IMG/VR virus record: IMGVR_UViG_3300033076_000817
Coordinates: 1-29,323 of that record
Strand: one strand, 5' to 3'
Length of the DNA: 29,323 nt
Source of the DNA: a virus
Taxonomy: Duplodnaviria; Caudoviricetes
Part shown: piece by piece, positions 1 to 7,280 of the stretch
How positions within the stretch are numbered: the first letter of the stretch is position 1
Layout of the letters: each line of letters starts with the position of its first letter
Position numbers and translations under genes: made by a program
Notes under the pieces: generated by a model
The model's database searches: none
What the model was told of the DNA's origin: nothing
What the model saw: the letters and a program-made list of their open reading frames with translations, nothing else

Positions 1-1
1 C

Positions 2-289
2 CAATACCTCGTCGCCGACCCCCGCGGTCTCGGCCACGGGCTCAACCTCCAAGCCGGCGGGCGGAACACCGTCTGGTATTCGCCGACCTATTCCCGCGAA
101 CTCTACGACCAGTTCAACGGGCGGTTGGCGCGCAAGGGCCAGGCGCTTGTTCCGCGCGTGTTCCGGCTGACGTGCCCCGGCACGATGGATGACGTGGCGA
201 TCGAGACCCTGCGCACGCGCGGGGACGAGCAAGGCGCGATGCTTATCATGTTGACGAACTTTAGGCTTTCGGGCGCGATGTTCGCGTGA
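2..289 (+). CDS. SNF2-family helicase, C-terminal fragment (truncated at window start)
   Basis: My translation of frame +2 is QYLVADPRGLGHGLNLQAGGRNTVWYSPTYSRELYDQFNGRLARKGQ.... GHGLNLQ (motif V) and QxxGRLxRxGQ (motif VI) are typical of phage SNF2 helicases. The TGA at 287-289 overlaps the GTG start of the next gene. Confidence 0.85.
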   Translation, partial: QYLVADPRGLGHGLNLQAGGRNTVWYSPTYSRELYDQFNGRLARKGQALVPRVFRLTCPGTMDDVAIETLRTRGDEQGAMLIMLTNFRLSGAMFA

Positions 290-783
290 GCAATCTATAC
301 CAAAAATCTGCTGAATACGGGCGGATAAAACGCAAAGCCGCAGAGCTACTTTTGGGAGCTATAAAGACTGATTCAGGGTGCTTAGAAGCCACTTGCGGGA
401 AGTTCTCTAGTGGCTACGGAAGCGCGAGAGTAAACGGCAAAGTCCGCCCCGCCCACCGGATTGTCTGGATGGCAGTCAACGGCCACATCCCGCATGGCAA
501 GTGGGTGCTGCATCAATGCGATAATCGGGCGTGCATAAACCCCGAGCATTTGAAACTCGGCACTCCCGCAGAAAACACTATTGATGCGGTGCTGAAGGGG
601 CGTGCCAAACCCGGAAGGCACCCCCGGCTTATTTTGGACACATACGCGGTCGTAGAATTGCGCCAACTGTGGCGCACCGGATGGTGGGACCAACGCACTT
701 TGGCAGACGCTTTTGGTGCAAGCCAATCGGGGATTAGCCGGGCCATAACCGGAGATAATTGGTCTCACATACCCCAAGATTGA
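286..783 (+). CDS. Free-standing HNH homing endonuclease with C-terminal HTH-like DNA-binding domain
   Basis: AHRIVW...VLHQCDNRACINPEHLKLGTPAENTIDAVLKGR is a classic HNH_3 motif. C-terminal QRTLADAFGASQSGISRAI is HTH-like. The gene is visibly more AT-rich than its neighbours. Confidence 0.9.
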   Translation: MSNLYQKSAEYGRIKRKAAELLLGAIKTDSGCLEATCGKFSSGYGSARVNGKVRPAHRIVWMAVNGHIPHGKWVLHQCDNRACINPEHLKLGTPAENTIDAVLKGRAKPGRHPRLILDTYAVVELRQLWRTGWWDQRTLADAFGASQSGISRAITGDNWSHIPQD

Positions 784-794
784 GCGACTTTTAG

Positions 795-832
795 TTGACT
801 TGGAGGACACAATCTGTCCTCGTGTCGGGCGT
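795..832 (+). promoter_or_regulatory. Putative promoter with palindromic operator (TTGACT-N2-GAGGACA-caatc-TGTCCTC)
   Basis: -35-like TTGACT at 795-800 and a perfect 7-bp inverted repeat at 803-821. The same motif recurs at 26421-26444 (-) and 25272-25296 (+). Confidence 0.6.
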
Positions 833-1549
833 ATGACCACCGCAGTAATCTACTCCGGCCAAGCCCGGACATTCGCGCAGACGTTCCCGAACCAGTGGTT
901 CCACGTCCTCCGCAAACTGGAGAACCCCGTGTTCTTCGTCAGCGTCGCCGACGACCCGCAAGCAGACGACATGCTCCGATTGCTGGAGCGATTCCCCGAG
1001 AACCGAGTATTCTTCGAGAAGGTCAAGCAACCCAAGTTGCCCGAGCCGCCGCCCGACCCTCAGTGGCTCGCGATGTATCCTCCGTCCGCTACGCCGCAGG
1101 CGATTCTTCGCCAGTTGTGGGCGCTGGAACGGGCGTGGAAATTCTCCTGCCTCGTTTCCGACGAGAAGAAGCTGACGACGCCGGACATGGTAATCCGCAT
1201 CCGCCCCGACTTGGCGTTTGCGCGTTTCGAGATGCCCCGACAGGTGGACCCGTGGAGGTGCTACACTCCTTGGTGGGCTCGTTGGGGTGGCATCAATGAT
1301 CGACTAGCGGTGATGGGGTTAAGTGCTGCCCACCTTTATTTCAGAACTTTTTCTTCGGTTGACGCCCTGATGCATTTGGGGAGTCCCCTTCACCCAGAGA
1401 CGATGATCCACACTCGGCTTGAATACTGGGGCAGCGCCATTCACCACACCCTCGCCACCGAGTTCTCCACGATCCGCCTGGACGGCACCGTCGTCCCGCC
1501 AAGCATCACCACGATCGACTCCATCGAATACGCCCGCACCCGGCCATGA
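833..1549 (+). CDS. Putative glycosyltransferase-like protein
   Basis: N-terminal TAVIYSGQARTF, central DMVIRIRPDL, GINDRLAV and HPET motifs match a phage/giant-virus putative glycosyltransferase family (A.C.SGQ.R ... D.VIR.R.D). I prefer ATG 833 over TTG 800 because 800-821 is the regulatory motif. Confidence 0.6.
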   Translation: MTTAVIYSGQARTFAQTFPNQWFHVLRKLENPVFFVSVADDPQADDMLRLLERFPENRVFFEKVKQPKLPEPPPDPQWLAMYPPSATPQAILRQLWALERAWKFSCLVSDEKKLTTPDMVIRIRPDLAFARFEMPRQVDPWRCYTPWWARWGGINDRLAVMGLSAAHLYFRTFSSVDALMHLGSPLHPETMIHTRLEYWGSAIHHTLATEFSTIRLDGTVVPPSITTIDSIEYARTRP

Positions 1550-1896
1550 CCCACTCACTCCGTCGGGAAATGCGCAATCGGCTGTTTGAGCGGGCGCGCT
1601 CGGGGCTGCTGACGGTCGCACAGCTTCAGGAGGAATTTCCGCTCTGGACCTACCGCACGATCGAAACTTTCCTGAAGGCCGAAGGCATCAAACCCCGCTC
1701 CAAAACCGACGACGCGAAGCGGTTGAAAGCGGCGATGCTGAAAGACGCTCCCAACTACACCTTGGAACAACTCCACAAGCGATACCCGTATTGGTCCCCA
1801 GATACCGTCCGAGTCTACGTCTACCTCGCCGGACTAAAGTGCATCCGCAAAAACGCCCCATGTCTCAAATCCCCGCCATCCTCATCGCCGCGTTGA
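1546..1896 (+). CDS. Basic hypothetical protein with two tandem HTH-like repeats (possible DNA-binding regulator)
   Basis: ATGA overlap with the upstream gene. Internal repeat LTVAQLQEEFPLWTYRTIETFLKAEGIK / YTLEQLHKRYPYWSPDTVRVYVYLAGLK. Confidence 0.55.
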   Translation: MTHSLRREMRNRLFERARSGLLTVAQLQEEFPLWTYRTIETFLKAEGIKPRSKTDDAKRLKAAMLKDAPNYTLEQLHKRYPYWSPDTVRVYVYLAGLKCIRKNAPCLKSPPSSSPR

Positions 1897-2435
1897 TCCA
1901 AGTCGAAAGCGGCGGCAACGACCGCGCCATTGGCGACGGTGGCCGGTCCCTCGGCTGTCTGCAAATCTCCGACGTCGTGGTGGCGGATGTCCGCCGCATA
2001 ACCGGACGTTGGGTGTCACGCACCGACGCTTGGAGCCGGCAAAAGTCCATCCGCATTTGCGTGGACTATCTGAGCCACTACGCCACCCGCGAACGACTCG
2101 GCTACGAACCCCGCATGGAGGACATGGCGCGAATCTGGAACGGAGGACCGAACGGTTGGCGGAAAGACTCCACCCGCGACTATTGGCGCAAGGTCCAGTC
2201 AGTCCTGACGGCCGGGAGACGTGTCCAGACGGGACTTGATGACCGCGGTCCGCTCGTCGATCCGCGCCGTCATCACGTTCAGGTTGCGCAGTTCTCGGGC
2301 GATCGCCTTGTTCTCGGCTTCGAGGGCTTTGGTCCTCTCCTCAACCGCATTCATGCGGTGCGGCAGAAGGACGAACGCGCCGAACATGCCGCCGAGACCC
2401 GTGCAAATAGCGACGATGGCCCCCAGTCTGCCTAG
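1860..2435 (+). CDS. Endolysin, lysozyme-like fold (i-type lysozyme/destabilase- or transglycosylase-like)
   Basis: ALIQVESGG (candidate catalytic Glu), GCLQIS and ARIWNGGPNGWRKDSTRDYWRKV match the i-type lysozyme C-terminal signature. ATG 1860 is the likely start. The last ~78 codons overlap the convergent minus-strand gene. Confidence 0.8.
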   Translation: MSQIPAILIAALIQVESGGNDRAIGDGGRSLGCLQISDVVVADVRRITGRWVSRTDAWSRQKSIRICVDYLSHYATRERLGYEPRMEDMARIWNGGPNGWRKDSTRDYWRKVQSVLTAGRRVQTGLDDRGPLVDPRRHHVQVAQFSGDRLVLGFEGFGPLLNRIHAVRQKDERAEHAAETRANSDDGPQSA

Positions 2436-2462
2436 GTGAACGCGAAAGTCTTCTCGGCTCAT
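2199..2462 (-). CDS. Single-TM plus coiled-coil membrane protein (holin/i-spanin-like lysis protein)
   Basis: MSREDFRVHLGRLGAIVAICTGLGGMFGAFVLL followed by coiled coil RMNAVEERTKALEAENKAIARELRNL. ATGA coupling at 2459-2462. Last gene of the late operon. Confidence 0.6.
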   Translation of the reverse strand: MSREDFRVHLGRLGAIVAICTGLGGMFGAFVLLPHRMNAVEERTKALEAENKAIARELRNLNVMTARIDERTAVIKSRLDTSPGRQD

Positions 2463-2710
2463 GGCTGGTCCTTCGGTTTGGACAGCACCAAGTCTTTGAC
2501 GTTCTGCTCGTGGTGGAACCCAGGAAAGGCCAGCACGAATTTTCCCGAGTCGGCTTTCAGCGTTCGCTCGGTGGACTTGATGCCGTAGAGGTCGGTGCTG
2601 GAGCTGACTCCGAGAACGGTGGTCGTGCGTTTGTATTCGCTGACGCTGCCGAGCGGAATTTGCTGGCAACCCGTCAGAGCAAGGAGGGCGCAGAGGTAGA
2701 TGCGTTTCAC
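2459..2710 (-). CDS. Small lipoprotein (possible o-spanin or other envelope lipoprotein)
   Basis: GTG start at 2710 (GTGA overlap) gives MKRIYLCALLALTG|C, a type II signal peptide with lipobox. Lies within the lysis cluster. Confidence 0.65.
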   Translation of the reverse strand: MKRIYLCALLALTGCQQIPLGSVSEYKRTTTVLGVSSSTDLYGIKSTERTLKADSGKFVLAFPGFHHEQNVKDLVLSKPKDQP

Positions 2711-3048
2711 TTGGGTTCGGTGGTGATTGAGTTGACTGGGAAGGGCGCTTGGGTGTCGCCGGTTGGGCGAGGCCAAGGGTTCGGGAACGGGTTGTCGTTG
2801 TGCCAAACGATGACACGTTTGACGCCGTTCCCGATCGCGGTCAACCCGATCCCGCCCGCAGCAACTCCCGCGTGCGTGAACCAGTCAACGCCCGATGTTG
2901 CGCCGGTCTGAGACGCCGCGATGGCGGTGCCGCCACCGACGAACGTGCCGCCGCCGATCCCAGAGATGAATCCATTGACGAATTGCGTGATAGCTTCGGC
3001 GAACCAGTAATCAACGACGCCGGCTTTGTAGCGAGGTAGGAAGTTCAT
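2707..3048 (-). CDS. Putative holin / small membrane protein
   Basis: 113 aa with two Gly/Ala-rich hydrophobic segments, directly downstream of the tailspike and translationally coupled on both sides. Confidence 0.5.
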   Translation of the reverse strand: MNFLPRYKAGVVDYWFAEAITQFVNGFISGIGGGTFVGGGTAIAASQTGATSGVDWFTHAGVAAGGIGLTAIGNGVKRVIVWHNDNPFPNPWPRPTGDTQAPFPVNSITTEPK

Positions 3049-5690
3049 GGAGTTCCGATTGTGACAGTAGTGCCAGTGCTGGCCTTGGCCTTGATCTTGT
3101 TTCCGTCGCCGCTGTCGGTGTAGATCACCCAGCCGGCCGCTGGGTTGCTCGGGGCTGTTTGCGGAGGGTAATAGTGGCCGGAAGAAGCGGTCAGCGTTCC
3201 CGTGACGTTCAATCCGGTCGACGAAAACCGAGCCACCTCTGTTCCGCCCGTGCTAGACCCGCCGACCAAATTGGCCCTGCTGTCGTGCGAAACGTTGATG
3301 AATCCGGTCGAATCAAACAACAACGCCCCGCCGGATGAGCCGGCTAGCAACGCAACGGCCTTTCCGCCGTCGCTGCCTAAAACGATGTTTGGCGTGACCA
3401 GCGATGCTCCGGGATTGATAGACCAAACATTGTTTGTATTGAGCGTGCCGGTGATGCGGCCGGAGCCGCGCGTGGTAAAGGTGTGGCCGCCATTCGAGCC
3501 CGAGGCCAAGCTTAACGCCGCTCCGGCCGATGCTCCGGCTAGCGCCAGCGAGGGCGAGCCCGTGACAGTCGCAAAAACCGGATCGGTCACGGTCACATTG
3601 CTTGCCGCTGTGATGAGGCCCTTGCCGTTGACCGTAAACGTGGGCACCGTCGTCGCGCTGCCAAACGTGCCGACGTTGCTGTTGACAGTGGCTAGAGTTG
3701 TGGCGACCGCACCCGAAGAAGTCGTTACATCCCCAGTGAGGGCCGGCATACGCGCCGCTGGAACGGTCCCCGCCGCAAGGTTGTTGGCGTTCAGATTTGT
3801 CAAGCCCGACCCGTCGTTGGTGTTGTTGGTGCCGATGTTGTAGAACCCAAGCCCTTTGGAGTTTACAACGGTGTTTTGGACAAAATTGCATAGCGAACTT
3901 CCTGAGTTGGCGAACACCCCGATGTCCAAACCTCGACTGGCGCCCGAACGGGTGTCCCTCAGAAGGTTGTTTTGGATTTGTCCATAAGTGCCGTTTACAA
4001 CGATCCCGATAGCGGACGCGCCATCAGCGCCGATGTCTACCAATTGATTGTTTGTGATGAGGACGTATCCGCCGAAGTTCTGATAAAATCCTCCGTTTCC
4101 ACCTTGGACGTAGTTGGAAGAAACCTCCGTATAGTTGCCATCGTTCAAAGTGACGGCGTAGGAACCTTGAAGCGATGGGCGGTCTACGCTGATGAACGAA
4201 TTCCCGACGACTTTAGTCGCATCACCATTCAGGTAGATAGGGACTCCGCCTGGAGTTGTAATGCCACAGTCCTGAAAATAGTTCCCTTCGATGATGTTTC
4301 CGAACGACAAGAGCCCGGCATTCACTTCGCCGTTGGTTACGAAAACGCCGTGGGTAGCAACTCGACGGAAGACATTGTTGGCGACGATCACGCCGTAAGC
4401 CCCATACATATTCACGCCCGAGCCGCCAAGCTCACTGAACACGCTATTGACCACGCGGATTCCGACAATCCTATTGCCGTTGTTCTGGTAGATTTCGACT
4501 CCGTTGACGCCGCCGTAAAAAGTGGATTGGTCAACCAGTCCGTAGTCGCTGTCGTTGAATTCGACGTGGTTGGAGGCATGCACGCCGGGGCCGGTGCCGG
4601 GCGAGGTGCAGCGGATGACGCGGCCGTAGTCGCTGCCCGCCGTGAAAATGACGAGGCGCGCGAGCGTGGTGGAGCCGATGCAGTCGATGAGCGAGACGCG
4701 GGGCGCCGCGGCGACGTTGACCGCAAAGGTGCCGATGGCCGAGGCGCGGCCGGCGAAGGTGGCGCCGCGGATCGTCACGTCCGAGCTGTCCACGTCAATC
4801 AGACCGGAACCGTTGTAAGTGCCGGTAGGCGCCATGCGAAGTGTAGCACCCGGAGAGAAATCCAAAGTCTGACCCTGAAGTGGGTCAAGAGCGGTGAGGG
4901 TGGCGTAGTCTCCCGGAGGAAATCTGACCGTGCCGTTCGCACCTGCCGCCGCGATAGCCGTCGTGATGGCCGCGTAATCGTTGGTGGTGCCGTCGCCAGT
5001 GGCGCCATACCAACGCACATCAATGGAAAAGCTGGGACTTTTTAGTGGGCTGCTGACGGTGGCAACTCCATTAGCGCCTTGCCCCAACGTGAGCAGCGCA
5101 CCTGACGAGGCTCCTTGTGCCGTCAAGTTGCCGGAACCGATAAGGCCAGGGACCACGATGTTTCCCGAGAACGTGGAGCCCGTGCCTCCGCCAGCGCCGA
5201 CAGTAAGGACCGCGGTGCCGCCAGAGTTCTGCAACGCGAAGCCGGCGCTGCCCGCCGCTTTGACGGCGTTAGCGGTGATGATGTTGGCCGAGAACGAGAC
5301 TGTCGGCCCAAGCCCCGCTTGCTTGGAATTGAACGTCGTCCAGTCCGCGCTCGTCAGGTAGCCGTTCGCGCTGCTGGTTGCCGCGGGCATCGCGAGGGTG
5401 AGGTTGCCCGAGAGCAAGCCGCCGCCCGTGATAGGCGCCGTGGTGGACAAGGTGTTGGTCACACCATAGCCCGACAGAGTCGTGGGCTTGCCGGTGATGT
5501 TCGCCCATGCGACCGACGTGGCGGTGCCGCCCGTCGCGATGATGGACCCGTTGCCCGTCGCGGTGAGCGTCGTGTTGTTGCCGATGACGATGTTGCCGTT
5601 CGTGATGACGTTCGACGTGTTCTTTTGGACCGCGATCTGGGCCAGCGCGGCGGGGAGAAGGAGCGGGAGGAGGGTCAGGTATTTCTTCAT
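3045..5690 (-). CDS. Tailspike / polysaccharide depolymerase with right-handed beta-helix and N-terminal signal peptide
   Basis: IDVRWYGATGDGTTNDYAAITTAIAA...TVRFPPGDY is the pectate-lyase-3-type beta-helix cap, followed by N-rich parallel beta-helix repeats. Fibre motifs VAWANITGKPTTLSGYG and VNGKGLITAA are present. N-terminus MKKYLTLLPLLLPAALA|Q. Confidence 0.85.
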   Translation of the reverse strand: MKKYLTLLPLLLPAALAQIAVQKNTSNVITNGNIVIGNNTTLTATGNGSIIATGGTATSVAWANITGKPTTLSGYGVTNTLSTTAPITGGGLLSGNLTLAMPAATSSANGYLTSADWTTFNSKQAGLGPTVSFSANIITANAVKAAGSAGFALQNSGGTAVLTVGAGGGTGSTFSGNIVVPGLIGSGNLTAQGASSGALLTLGQGANGVATVSSPLKSPSFSIDVRWYGATGDGTTNDYAAITTAIAAAGANGTVRFPPGDYATLTALDPLQGQTLDFSPGATLRMAPTGTYNGSGLIDVDSSDVTIRGATFAGRASAIGTFAVNVAAAPRVSLIDCIGSTTLARLVIFTAGSDYGRVIRCTSPGTGPGVHASNHVEFNDSDYGLVDQSTFYGGVNGVEIYQNNGNRIVGIRVVNSVFSELGGSGVNMYGAYGVIVANNVFRRVATHGVFVTNGEVNAGLLSFGNIIEGNYFQDCGITTPGGVPIYLNGDATKVVGNSFISVDRPSLQGSYAVTLNDGNYTEVSSNYVQGGNGGFYQNFGGYVLITNNQLVDIGADGASAIGIVVNGTYGQIQNNLLRDTRSGASRGLDIGVFANSGSSLCNFVQNTVVNSKGLGFYNIGTNNTNDGSGLTNLNANNLAAGTVPAARMPALTGDVTTSSGAVATTLATVNSNVGTFGSATTVPTFTVNGKGLITAASNVTVTDPVFATVTGSPSLALAGASAGAALSLASGSNGGHTFTTRGSGRITGTLNTNNVWSINPGASLVTPNIVLGSDGGKAVALLAGSSGGALLFDSTGFINVSHDSRANLVGGSSTGGTEVARFSSTGLNVTGTLTASSGHYYPPQTAPSNPAAGWVIYTDSGDGNKIKAKASTGTTVTIGTP

Positions 5691-6514
5691 GTCTGGAGGC
5701 CGAAAGCCGGTTGAAGGAGGAAGTCGCGTTTCAGGTTGGCGCCGTCAAACCAAAGCTCGACACGGGAGGTCGGGAGGAACCCGTCGCCGGTTGTCGTGAT
5801 CGTCGTGAGGAGGTCGCCCGCCGTGGACTGGTCGAAGATGCGCAGGTTGATGCCGGCGGTCGCGGGCAGAATGAACCGGAGGGACACTCGCGCTCCGGCG
5901 ATGAGGCCGGAAGCATGGACGACCACGTCGCGCGTCTCCGCGGGACCCGTGATCGTGCATTCTGCAATGTGGACCTGCGACTCAGGCGTGACCTCAAAAT
6001 TGCCTCCGCCATTGGCAATCTCCTCCGCCGAGACAAACGCGATAGGCGGTTGAGGCGGTAGACCGGGGTTGTAGATCGTGACCGGACCGGCGGCGTAGAC
6101 GATGTTCCCGCCGCCCGAGGTGCGGCCCAACAGCCGCAACCAGTAGGTCGCCTCGGTGCTGCCGCCGAGACTGAAGTCGGTTTGCGCGGGCGTGAGGTTG
6201 AACGTAGCCTGTGCCGCGATCCCCGCCTGCCAGTTGGCGACGGTGATTGTCGGGATGATGGCGCCGGCCAGCACGTTCACCGTCAAGGCAGGCACAAGCG
6301 AGGTCTGCGCCTCCTGGAGCACGAGTTGGAGGTATTCGAGGTTCGACAGGTCCACCGCTTCACCGGAACTGTCGAAGATGCCGACTTGAATCGAAACGGA
6401 CTGCGCCCGCCAGAACTTGATCGACAGTCCTGTGTTGGCGTCGATCGGCACGACCGGCGGCGCCGAGATGAGGTCGGCCTGAAGCCGAATCGGCATTTGC
6501 TGATAGATAGGCAT
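5687..6514 (-). CDS. Putative tail fibre adaptor (BppU-like Ig fold) structural protein
   Basis: True start is probably ATG 6514 (MPIYQQMPIRLQ). Beta-rich sequence with AVDLSN and ATFNLTPAQT motifs, lying between fibre genes. Confidence 0.45.
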   Translation of the reverse strand: MPIYQQMPIRLQADLISAPPVVPIDANTGLSIKFWRAQSVSIQVGIFDSSGEAVDLSNLEYLQLVLQEAQTSLVPALTVNVLAGAIIPTITVANWQAGIAAQATFNLTPAQTDFSLGGSTEATYWLRLLGRTSGGGNIVYAAGPVTIYNPGLPPQPPIAFVSAEEIANGGGNFEVTPESQVHIAECTITGPAETRDVVVHASGLIAGARVSLRFILPATAGINLRIFDQSTAGDLLTTITTTGDGFLPTSRVELWFDGANLKRDFLLQPAFGLQT

Positions 6515-6516
6515 GG

Positions 6517-7275
6517 TCAGGCGGAGAAGAACGTGGCCGACACACAGCCGGAGGAGACCAGCGATTTGTCGGTCGGGTTGATGGTGAAAAGGCGGCAAGC
6601 GGTGGCGCTGCGCACCGCGTTCCCCTGACCCGTGACGTTGCCCACCACCACGCCGTCGTCGCCCGCGCCGTAGGGCTGACCGTCCTCCGAACCGCACGAT
6701 CCTTGGAGCGTGTAGTTCGCACTCGGCAGCGCGTTCGCGAAGTTGACGGTGTAGCTGCCCGCCGCGTTCTTGGTGACGGACGACACGTTGTAGCTGGCGA
6801 TGATGCGGGCGTTGCCGGCGGAGGCGTTGATGCCGTCAAACACCACCCACGCCGCCGCCAGCGTCGGGCCAGTGGCGACGTTGAACAGCGGTTGCCAGTT
6901 GTTCGTGTCGCTCGTGGGGTCGTTGCCGAGGTTGTCGTCGGATTGACTGACGTAGGTAACCACGCCTACCCGGCAAAAGTTGTTCGTGAAATAGTTGGTG
7001 TCCGCGCTCCACTCGGGGATGCCCGACTGGAGCGTGTAGGCAATCTGACGGGTGATGAGATACATCAACCCGTTCAGGTCTTCCATCGCGGGGCTGCGGT
7101 TGCCGACCACCGCTCCGTTGAACCCGTCGTCGAACGCGGACAACGACTGGATCGTGTCGGGATTGTCGGAGTAGGCCGGAGAGCCCGCCGCAAGCGAACC
7201 CCACACGGCGACGTTGCCCGTGGGGGTGAGCCCCGAGCCGAAGATTTTTTGGTGCTTGCGGATGATTTCAGGCAT
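6517..7275 (-). CDS. Baseplate-attached short tail fibre / fibre anchor protein
   Basis: PAMEDLNGLMYLITRQIAYTLQSGIPEWSADTNY resembles the N-terminal anchor of fibres downstream of DUF2612. C-terminal AAAWVVFDG...SYNVSSVTKNAAGSYTVNF is a common fibre domain. No signal peptide. Confidence 0.7.
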   Translation of the reverse strand: MPEIIRKHQKIFGSGLTPTGNVAVWGSLAAGSPAYSDNPDTIQSLSAFDDGFNGAVVGNRSPAMEDLNGLMYLITRQIAYTLQSGIPEWSADTNYFTNNFCRVGVVTYVSQSDDNLGNDPTSDTNNWQPLFNVATGPTLAAAWVVFDGINASAGNARIIASYNVSSVTKNAAGSYTVNFANALPSANYTLQGSCGSEDGQPYGAGDDGVVVGNVTGQGNAVRSATACRLFTINPTDKSLVSSGCVSATFFSA

Positions 7276-7280
7276 GGGAG

